From an uncultured Acidobacteriaceae bacterium (GTDB lineage: Bacteria; Acidobacteriota; Terriglobia; Terriglobales; Acidobacteriaceae): DNA of 64,000 nt. Position 1 is the first letter of the stretch. Each line of letters opens with the position of its first letter. Positions 28,665 through 36,253 of the stretch are shown here, one piece after another. Both the position numbers and the translations under genes were made by a program. The DNA is taken from contig CAVRYB010000035.1 of NCBI GenBank assembly GCA_963725295.1, positions 4,246 to 68,245 of the forward strand, read 5' to 3'. The notes beneath the pieces were generated by a model. The model was not told the origin of the DNA, made no database searches, and was given only the letters and a program-made list of their open reading frames with translations.

Positions 28665-30209
28665 TTGACGATTTTGTTTTTTGGCTTGTTCGCATTTTCG
28701 CTGGCGCTGTCGTTCGTTGCCACACGTGAAGTGCGAGATCTGGCGACGCGCCGTGGTTGGGTTTTCTTGCCGCAGGGCGGACGTCATCTGCATGAGTCAC
28801 CGCTTCCCCGTTTGGGAGGGGTTGCAATCTTCCTGGCGTTTTCGGTCAGCTTAAGTATCTGGCTGGCGCTCTCTCTGATATTTCCTCGACTGGTTGCGGG
28901 CCTGGCTCCCGCGACTCTTCTTCGTATTTATGTTCCGGCTTGCCTGATTTTCTGTCTGGGCATCTACGATGACATTCACGGGGCGGGGCCGTACCTGAAG
29001 TTCGTGGTGCAGGCGATCGCCGCGGTAATGCTGTTTGCGGGCGGTATGCGCGTTCTCGATCTGCCGCTGATTTTTGGTTCGCATTCGCTGCCGTGGTTCG
29101 TTGGGTTACCTCTTACCGTGCTTTGGGTGGTGGCCGTTACCAATGCTTTCAATCTGATCGACGGACTGGATGGCTTAGCCGCAGGCTCGGCTTTGTTTTC
29201 GACGATGGTATTTTTTGTCGTCTCCCTGGTCGACCATTCCTGGCTCGGTTCGCTGATGAGCGTAACCCTTGCCGGCGCGATTCTGGGTTTTCTGCGGTTC
29301 AACTTCAATCCAGCCACAATTTTTCTGGGTGATTCGGGCAGCTTATTCATCGGTTTCATGCTAAGCGCGCTGGCTTTGGCGGGAGCGCAGAAGGCTCCGA
29401 CGTTCGTTGCCGTCGCGATCCCGGTGGTTTCATTTGGATTGCCGATTCTGGAGACATTGCTCTCGATCATGCGGCGGCTCATCAGCGGGCGGCCGATTTT
29501 CACTGCCGACCGCGAACACATTCACCACAAACTGCTGCAGATGGGTTTCTCACATCGCCAGGTAGTGATCGTGCTTTATGCCGTTTCTGCCGTCTTCGCC
29601 ATGCTCAGCCTCTTCCTTCTGTGGCCGACGGGGAGCACGCTGGGATTGGTACTGGCAGTCGTCGGCACCGGGATCTGGTTAGGGGTGCAGCACCTCAACT
29701 ACCTCGAGTTTGGCGAACTGCGACGAGTGGCGCAACGCACCATCGACCAGCGGCAAATCGTGATCAATAACCTTGCTGTGCGTCGCGCGATTCAGGAACT
29801 GAAAGCGGCCAGTGATTTCGAACAAGTGCGGAGTGTGCTGATCGCGGCTTTCGAGAGTAACGATTTTGACGCCTTCGAGCTCAATTTGAAGGCACTTCCC
29901 GGCGATCAAGCAGCTGGCGGGGAGACTGGCCATCCGTTCCACTGGAGCAAGTACCCTCACATGATGGCGATTTCGAGCCAGCCTTCGTGGAAATTGACCC
30001 TGGATCTGGTAACGGCGTCAAATCAGCGCCGCGGTACGCTCATCGTCTATCGGGTATACACCACTCGTGACTTGCAGCTGGATGTGAATCTACTGACTTC
30101 TGAATTCCCCGCGACTCTGGCGAATGCGCTGGACAAGGTAATAACAAGTCCTCAGGTCCTCGAGCCCGCCGGAGAGGCTCGTACCCAGTATCTGGCCGCC
30201 AATCTATAG
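28665..30209 (+). CDS. Polyprenyl-phosphate HexNAc-1-phosphate transferase (WecA/MraY family) with ~170-aa C-terminal extension
   Basis: Motifs GIYDDIHG, NAFNLIDGLDGLAAG and FLGDSGSLFIGF. The membrane core ends near residue 345. A soluble tail follows (29697-30209). TTG start is uncertain. Confidence 0.8.
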   Translation: MTILFFGLFAFSLALSFVATREVRDLATRRGWVFLPQGGRHLHESPLPRLGGVAIFLAFSVSLSIWLALSLIFPRLVAGLAPATLLRIYVPACLIFCLGIYDDIHGAGPYLKFVVQAIAAVMLFAGGMRVLDLPLIFGSHSLPWFVGLPLTVLWVVAVTNAFNLIDGLDGLAAGSALFSTMVFFVVSLVDHSWLGSLMSVTLAGAILGFLRFNFNPATIFLGDSGSLFIGFMLSALALAGAQKAPTFVAVAIPVVSFGLPILETLLSIMRRLISGRPIFTADREHIHHKLLQMGFSHRQVVIVLYAVSAVFAMLSLFLLWPTGSTLGLVLAVVGTGIWLGVQHLNYLEFGELRRVAQRTIDQRQIVINNLAVRRAIQELKAASDFEQVRSVLIAAFESNDFDAFELNLKALPGDQAAGGETGHPFHWSKYPHMMAISSQPSWKLTLDLVTASNQRRGTLIVYRVYTTRDLQLDVNLLTSEFPATLANALDKVITSPQVLEPAGEARTQYLAANL

Positions 30210-30261
30210 CAGAAACCGGATATACGCCATCTGGCGCCTGTGAAAAGCTTTTCTGCTTCCT

Positions 30262-30293
30262 GAAACCGGCGGTTCGCCGGGTTTCTTATTCTT
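30262..30293 (+). terminator. Putative rho-independent terminator after the wecA-like gene
   Basis: Imperfect hairpin GAAACCGGCG-gtt-CGCCGGGTTTC followed by TTATTCTT. Confidence 0.5.
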
Positions 30294-30325
30294 ACTGCTC
30301 TAGGTTCGGTGCCTGAGTTAATATT

Positions 30326-32215
30326 GTGGCAACTATGGATCGGAGCATTGGCCGATTGCCGGATCCACTTGCAGGGCCTCCCAACCGAGAGCGTCGCCGC
30401 TGCGTTCGTCAGAAACTGCACACGCCGGTTTACGCCAGTTTCAATGGCCCGCAGACTGGAATCACCGTGGATCTGAGCGAGTTGCTCGATCTGAATGAAG
30501 AAGGTTTCGCCGTTCAAACTGCCCAGCGGTTGGAGACCAATCACGCGGTAAACATCTGTCTGGACCTGCCTGAAACAAGAGCTTTCGTCCACGGCAGCGG
30601 GCAAGTCATTTGGAGCGATGAAACCGGCCGTGGGGGGATTCGCTTTTCGCAGCTGGGAGAGAATTCTCGGAAAGCTCTTCAGGAATGGCTCTTTGCCAAC
30701 TTGTTGATCGCCTCTGGGAACCATCAGGCGCGAACCGCGCAACTTGCGCTGCACACACAGGAGAAGCTGTCTGAGCCGGCGCCGCCCCCTGAACTGACCA
30801 ACCTCGCGCAGATATTCGATCACGCATCGCATCTTTCCCCGCTGGAAACGGTTCGAAACGAAGTTCGCGAAATTGGGGATGACGTTGACGAGATTCAGCA
30901 ACTCATCACCGATCGTGCTCTGACTCTTACGGGAGCAACCGGAGCGGCTCTGGCGTTCTTGAAAGATGACAACATGGTCTGGCGAGCCCGGGCCGGAGAA
31001 CCATCCCCACCGGTTGGGGCGGCGGTCGACATTGCACAGGGAGTTTCGGGCGAGTGCGTGCACAGCGGTCTGGTTGTTTCGTGCGGCGACACGCAGAACG
31101 ATCCGCGAGTGGATCCGGAGATTTGCCGCGTACTGGGCATCGGGTCGCTGATGGCCAGTCCGATTGTTTCTGACTTCAGGGTGGTTGGGCTGCTGGAAGT
31201 TTTCTCCCCGCACCCTCACTGTTTTGCGCGGGCGCAAGGCACGATTCTAGAGCGGCTCAGTGAGTTGGTTCCGAAAGCGCACGTTGGCAAGGCGCAGGTT
31301 GAAACATCGGTGCCACAAGTTTCCCCCGTGCCGGTTGAGGCAGAAAGATCCGACGCATCGGAAGGGGTTTTACCGCGGGCGACGTCTGATTTAGCGCCGG
31401 TTGAGCCAGTCCTGATGATGCCGACTGCCGTAGACGTTGGGGCGGTTCACGGCATCCGCCAGCCATTATGGGATCTAGAACCGGAACCTCGGAAAGAGGT
31501 TCGAAACGAAATTCGAAAAGAAGTTCGAAAGGAAGTCGCTCAGCCCGTTTCGGTAGCAACATCGTCGGAGCTCGTGTCGGAGCCGCAGCTCGAGCCGCTT
31601 GCCGAGCCCGAGATTGCATCGGTGCGACGATCTCGTTTGCTCTACCGCGCTCTGCTCGGACTGGCGATAGCTGTCGTGGCGCTGGCCGTCGGGTATGTGC
31701 TTGGGCCGATCGTTGAAAAGCGCTGGCCTTCTTCGCGACGATCATCATCGGCTGCGGTGGAGGCGGCTTCTCCGAGTTCCCTGAGAGAGGCGGCCGATCG
31801 AGCCGCCGTCGATGGACGCAATCAGGTGAGATCGCTTGCGGACTTGCAGAAGCTTGCCGATCAGGGAGACCCGGAGGCGCAATGGCAGATGGCTGTGCGC
31901 TACCACAACGGTGAAGGCGTCCCGCAGGATGACACGCAAGCCATGAAGTGGTTTGAGCGCGCCGCCGAACAGGGTCACGTGGACGCCCAGTCTCGTCTGG
32001 GAGCCTATTATTGGGCGGGTCGCGGCGTTCCAGAGGATCTCTCCAAGGCGTACTACTGGTCGGCGATCGCCACGGCTCAGGGGGATGAAATCAGCAAGTC
32101 GCGGCTCGAAGGCCTGACCTACCAAATGACGCGAGCGCAAATCTCCACTGCCCGCCAACAAGCCGAAGCGTGGCTTCATAACCACAACCATCCGATAAAG
32201 CCCGACGCGAACTGA
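30326..32215 (+). CDS. PilZ-GAF-transmembrane-Sel1-repeat protein
   Basis: PilZ-like RRxxxR start (RERRRCVRQK) plus DLSELLDLNEEGFAV (about residues 20-125). GAF-like residues ~185-315. One TM segment (LLYRALLGLAIAVVALAVGYVLGPIV). Sel1 repeats (GDPEAQWQMAVRYHNGEGVPQDDTQAMKWFERAAEQGHVDAQSRLGAYYWAGRGVPEDLSKAYYW). Confidence 0.7.
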   Translation: MATMDRSIGRLPDPLAGPPNRERRRCVRQKLHTPVYASFNGPQTGITVDLSELLDLNEEGFAVQTAQRLETNHAVNICLDLPETRAFVHGSGQVIWSDETGRGGIRFSQLGENSRKALQEWLFANLLIASGNHQARTAQLALHTQEKLSEPAPPPELTNLAQIFDHASHLSPLETVRNEVREIGDDVDEIQQLITDRALTLTGATGAALAFLKDDNMVWRARAGEPSPPVGAAVDIAQGVSGECVHSGLVVSCGDTQNDPRVDPEICRVLGIGSLMASPIVSDFRVVGLLEVFSPHPHCFARAQGTILERLSELVPKAHVGKAQVETSVPQVSPVPVEAERSDASEGVLPRATSDLAPVEPVLMMPTAVDVGAVHGIRQPLWDLEPEPRKEVRNEIRKEVRKEVAQPVSVATSSELVSEPQLEPLAEPEIASVRRSRLLYRALLGLAIAVVALAVGYVLGPIVEKRWPSSRRSSSAAVEAASPSSLREAADRAAVDGRNQVRSLADLQKLADQGDPEAQWQMAVRYHNGEGVPQDDTQAMKWFERAAEQGHVDAQSRLGAYYWAGRGVPEDLSKAYYWSAIATAQGDEISKSRLEGLTYQMTRAQISTARQQAEAWLHNHNHPIKPDAN

Positions 32216-32265
32216 ACCTTTTCCGATCACAGACAGAGCCAACCCCTCAGCCGTAAAATAAGGCT

Positions 32266-33399
32266 GTGGCCTCTCTACGCGACATCTTGACGGCTGACGC
32301 TCGCGTTCGCGAAGGCGACCCTGCGCTGTGGGAAAAGCTGGATCGCAATCGCATCCGTTGTTTTGCCTGCGGCCATTGCTGCCCGATTCCGGAAGGACAG
32401 CCCGGCGTCTGCAAGGTTCGTTTCAACCGCGGAGGTACTCTCTACGTTCCCTGGGGCTACGTTGCGGGCGTGCAATGCGACCCGATTGAGAAGAAGCCGT
32501 TTTTCCACGCTTATCCCGGGGCCCTTGCCTACAGTTTTGGAATGCTCGGCTGCGATCTGCACTGCTCCTACTGTCAGAACTGGGTCACTTCGCAGGCGCT
32601 GCGCGATCCAGAGGCCGTCTCGGCGCCGCTTGCCGCTGATCCTGAAATTCTGGTCAAGGACGCTGTGGCGCTGGGTGCCAAGGTCGTGGTCAGCACCTAC
32701 AACGAGCCGCTGATCACGAGCGAGTGGGCGGTCGAGATTTTCCGGCAAGCACGTGAGGCAGGTCTGCAAACGGCGTTCGTTTCAAACGGCAATGGAACTC
32801 CGCAGGTGTTGGAGTATCTGCATCCGTGGATCGATCTGTACAAAGTGGATCTGAAGAGTTTCGACGATCGTCACTATCGGCAATTGGGCGGCCGCCTGCA
32901 ACCGATTCTCGATACTATTCTTGCCCTGCATCAGATGGGCGTATGGCTAGAGATCGTGACTCTGTTGATCCCCGGTTTCAACGACGGTGACGACGAGCTG
33001 CGCAAGTTGACGGCATTTCTGGCTGATGTCTCGCCCGATATTCCCTGGCATGTCACCGCGTTTCATCAGGACTACAAGATGACTTCGCCCTCCGACACGC
33101 GTCCTGCGGACTTGCTACGCGCCGCCGGAATTGGCCGCGATGCAGGACTGCGCTACATCTATGCCGGCAACCTGCCTGGACAGGTCGAGGGCTTGGAAGA
33201 TACTCACTGTGGCAGTTGCGGCGAACTGCTGGTTCAGCGCCGCGGATATTCGATACAAGCTTACAAACTCACCGAGCGAGGGGAATGTCCTGCTTGCCAA
33301 ACTCCGGTTCCGGGGCGCTGGTCAACGAAGTTTGACGGGCAGATCGCGACCTCGCCTTTTCTCCCCCGCAAGCGCGCACAATTCGTTAGAATTTCCTGA
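32266..33399 (+). CDS. amrS: AmmeMemoRadiSam system radical SAM enzyme
   Basis: N-terminal Cys cluster CFACGHCC...GVCKVR. Radical SAM CxxxCxxC motif (CDLHCSYCQNW). C-terminal CGSCG...CPAC. GTG start. Confidence 0.75.
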   Translation: MASLRDILTADARVREGDPALWEKLDRNRIRCFACGHCCPIPEGQPGVCKVRFNRGGTLYVPWGYVAGVQCDPIEKKPFFHAYPGALAYSFGMLGCDLHCSYCQNWVTSQALRDPEAVSAPLAADPEILVKDAVALGAKVVVSTYNEPLITSEWAVEIFRQAREAGLQTAFVSNGNGTPQVLEYLHPWIDLYKVDLKSFDDRHYRQLGGRLQPILDTILALHQMGVWLEIVTLLIPGFNDGDDELRKLTAFLADVSPDIPWHVTAFHQDYKMTSPSDTRPADLLRAAGIGRDAGLRYIYAGNLPGQVEGLEDTHCGSCGELLVQRRGYSIQAYKLTERGECPACQTPVPGRWSTKFDGQIATSPFLPRKRAQFVRIS

Positions 33400-33409
33400 C
33401 GACCAATCA

Positions 33410-34018
33410 ATGTTGATGCGCGCCACAAAAACCTTGCTGCTCGCGGTCTTGTTGTGTCTGGGGATTGCCTGTTCTCCACGGGATTTTCTGACGCGCCGTC
33501 TCGCCGCGGACTTGATTTCGGCTTCCGAGTCTTTCAAGGCACCGCAGATGTTTTGGCTGCGTCCGGGCATCGTATCCAATAAAGACTTCAGCTCTCCTGA
33601 CTTTATGGTCTTGCAGCGCCGCGGGTGGATTCTCGGAACTGAGGCGAAATGCCCCGCTGGCATGGAGCCGCCGCCGTGCTGGGACGTAGTGCTCACACCA
33701 CTGGGAGTCGACGCGATTCGTCCTCTGATTACAAGCGCGTTGCCCGATAACGGGCCGATAGGAATCCAGGTGGCGCGGCGGGAGTTGGTCAGCATTACCG
33801 GAATCAGCAAAGCCGGGAACTTTGCCGACGTGGAGTTCAGCTGGCGCTGGGTTTCGCTGAATCCAGTTGGCGCCGCACTTTACGATAGCGGAGTGCGCTA
33901 TCACTCGACCGTGGCGTTCCGAGGGTACGATGACGGCTGGCGGGTTGTAGAACAGGCCATACCGAGCAACCAGACGCTGGAAGAGGCGCTGCACAACGCA
34001 CAACCGACCGCGCCGTAA
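33410..34018 (+). CDS. Lipoprotein, function unknown
   Basis: Start MLMRATKTLLLAVLLCLGIACS (lipobox LGIAC) inside ORF 33131..34018. Confidence 0.55.
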   Translation: MLMRATKTLLLAVLLCLGIACSPRDFLTRRLAADLISASESFKAPQMFWLRPGIVSNKDFSSPDFMVLQRRGWILGTEAKCPAGMEPPPCWDVVLTPLGVDAIRPLITSALPDNGPIGIQVARRELVSITGISKAGNFADVEFSWRWVSLNPVGAALYDSGVRYHSTVAFRGYDDGWRVVEQAIPSNQTLEEALHNAQPTAP

Positions 34019-34064
34019 GGGTTCGCGGCAGTTATCTGATACTTGCTTTTGGGACAAAGGGGCT

Positions 34065-36251
34065 ATGCGACGATTCATTGGATTCTTCTTTCTGGCATCC
34101 GTTCTCTCTGCTTGTTTGATTCAATCGACTGTTGCCGACGCCGAGAGTGGTAAGCCAAAGCTCACGCTCGATGAATTCTTCAATTCCGTCAGTTTCCCGT
34201 CGGTGAAAGTCTCTCCCGATGGAAACTCCGTTGTAATTGAAACCGAGAGAGCCGACTGGAACCAGCAGATCTTTCGCAAGGAGCTTTGGCTCTATCGCGT
34301 GTCTACTGGCAATCTGCTGCAACTAACCCAGTCTGGACATGAAAGTTCGCCGCAATGGTCGCCCGATGGGCGCTGGATCGCCTTTCTGTCGGAGCGCAAA
34401 GGCGGCGATGCGAAAGAGGGAGACGAGGGCGACAGCAAACAAAAAGGCTTAGTGAAAGACGACGACAAGGACAAAGAGAAGGAGGCCGCGCAGCTCTACT
34501 TGATTTCGCCCGAGGGTGGCGAAGCGTTTGCCATTACCTCCAGTGATGAAGAGGTCCACGCTTTTGCCTGGACAAGTGATTCGAAGGAAATTGTCTTCGC
34601 CAGCCGCCAGCCGTGGAGCAAGCAGGAGAATGACGATCACAAACGGGAATGGAAAGACGTGATTCGCTACCGCGGCGATGAGCGCGGCGATGTGATTTTC
34701 CGTCTCACTCTGCAAGACGCCTTGGCGCGAAATGCGGCAAGTGGATCGAGGGAAATTACCGACGCGGAGAAAGACTCGGGCCAGATTCTGGGAGCGGTTG
34801 CTATTTCGCACACGCCTTTGCGCGTGCAGCAGATGACTGTCTCGCGCGATGGCCATCGGCTCGCGTTCGTCACTTCGTCGGTGTCGGAACGGCAGGAGAA
34901 GGTTGAAGACGTCGAACTCTACCTCCTCAACCTGACCGATAGCGCAGCGGAAGGCGAGCCTGTCCGTTTGACTCGCAACGAAGCGGTCGAACTCAATCTC
35001 GAATGGGCTCCTGATAATCGGCATGTTTTTTTTCAGGTGAACCTCGGCTCGGCGGAAGGGAAGTATGAGGATCCGCAGCCGCGACTCTACTGGGTCGACA
35101 CCAATGCCACTGCGGCCAAATACGAAGTCCAGCGCTGGTTTGCCGACTATCCCGGCGAGATCGTGCACTACACGCCGCTCTCCGATGGCTCCGTGCTCTG
35201 CGCTTGCCGCATTGGGACCGAGGTGCAGTTTGCAACGCAGGCGAGTCCGAAAGCTGCCACTGTCAAGCGTGAAGGCTGGGCTGGAGCCTACGAATCTCCC
35301 GCAGTCTCGTCGCAATCGCAAAGTCCACGGATCGCGTTTGCATACTCAGCAACGACGCGTCCTACGGAAGTCTACGTTGCTGATAGCATCGAAAAACTCG
35401 CGCAGGCCAAGCCAATTACGGCGTTTAACAAGCTGTTCGCCGAACGAGATCTTCCGCTCGCGAAGCCGTATCACTGGACCTCCGATGACGGGACACAAGT
35501 TGAAGGCATGCTGATGTATCCGCCAGGAAAATTTGAAGCGAAGAATCTGCCGATGTTTGTCTTTATTCATGGCGGTCCGCAGGACGCCGATGGCAACCAC
35601 TTCGAAGCCGACTGGTATCAGTGGGATCGTCTCGCCGCGACAGCGGGTTGGCTCGTGTTCGAACCGAACTATCGCGGATCGACTGGCTACGGCGACATGT
35701 TCGCGCTCCAGATCGTTCCGGAAATTGTGTCGCGTCCGGGAAAAGATATATTGACTGGCGTCGATGCGCTAGTAAAAGACGGAATCGCCGACGCGAATCA
35801 GTTGACGATTGGCGGTTACAGCTACGGCGGCTACATGACCAACTGGCTGATCACGCAGACCACGCGCTTCAAGGCCGCCGTGACCGGAGCGGGCGCAGTC
35901 GAGCACGTTTCCAACTGGGGCAACGACGACACAACCTTTGATGACGCCTATTTCCTCGGAGGACTGCCATGGGAAACTCCCGACCGCTATCGTACCGAAG
36001 GCGCGATTTACCAGCTCAACAAAGTGAAAACTCCAACTCACATGGTTGCCGGAGCGGACGACATCAGAGTTGCTGTCTCCGAGGACTACCTTCTTGATCG
36101 CGCACTTCACGAGTTAAATATTCCAAGCGATCTTCTTATCTTTCCCGGTGAGGGGCATTCGCTGGATAAGAATCCGTGGCACGGAAAGATCAAAGTGCGC
36201 GAAGAGTTGAAGTGGCTGGAGAAGTACGGCGGTCTGAAGGCTGCGAACTAG
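34065..36251 (+). CDS. S9 family serine peptidase (prolyl oligopeptidase / acylaminoacyl peptidase-like)
   Basis: Signal peptide. N-terminal propeller-like region with repeated SPDG motifs. Catalytic GGYSYGGYM (GxSxGG). C-terminal D and H region (GADDIRV, FPGEGHS). Confidence 0.85.
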   Translation: MRRFIGFFFLASVLSACLIQSTVADAESGKPKLTLDEFFNSVSFPSVKVSPDGNSVVIETERADWNQQIFRKELWLYRVSTGNLLQLTQSGHESSPQWSPDGRWIAFLSERKGGDAKEGDEGDSKQKGLVKDDDKDKEKEAAQLYLISPEGGEAFAITSSDEEVHAFAWTSDSKEIVFASRQPWSKQENDDHKREWKDVIRYRGDERGDVIFRLTLQDALARNAASGSREITDAEKDSGQILGAVAISHTPLRVQQMTVSRDGHRLAFVTSSVSERQEKVEDVELYLLNLTDSAAEGEPVRLTRNEAVELNLEWAPDNRHVFFQVNLGSAEGKYEDPQPRLYWVDTNATAAKYEVQRWFADYPGEIVHYTPLSDGSVLCACRIGTEVQFATQASPKAATVKREGWAGAYESPAVSSQSQSPRIAFAYSATTRPTEVYVADSIEKLAQAKPITAFNKLFAERDLPLAKPYHWTSDDGTQVEGMLMYPPGKFEAKNLPMFVFIHGGPQDADGNHFEADWYQWDRLAATAGWLVFEPNYRGSTGYGDMFALQIVPEIVSRPGKDILTGVDALVKDGIADANQLTIGGYSYGGYMTNWLITQTTRFKAAVTGAGAVEHVSNWGNDDTTFDDAYFLGGLPWETPDRYRTEGAIYQLNKVKTPTHMVAGADDIRVAVSEDYLLDRALHELNIPSDLLIFPGEGHSLDKNPWHGKIKVREELKWLEKYGGLKAAN

Positions 36252-36253
36252 GG

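Noticed and set aside
30152-31237. 361-aa minus-strand ORF antisense to the PilZ-GAF-Sel1 gene
   Set aside because: It has Arg/Pro/Gly-rich low-complexity composition typical of antisense frames in GC-rich DNA. The plus-strand gene has recognisable domains.
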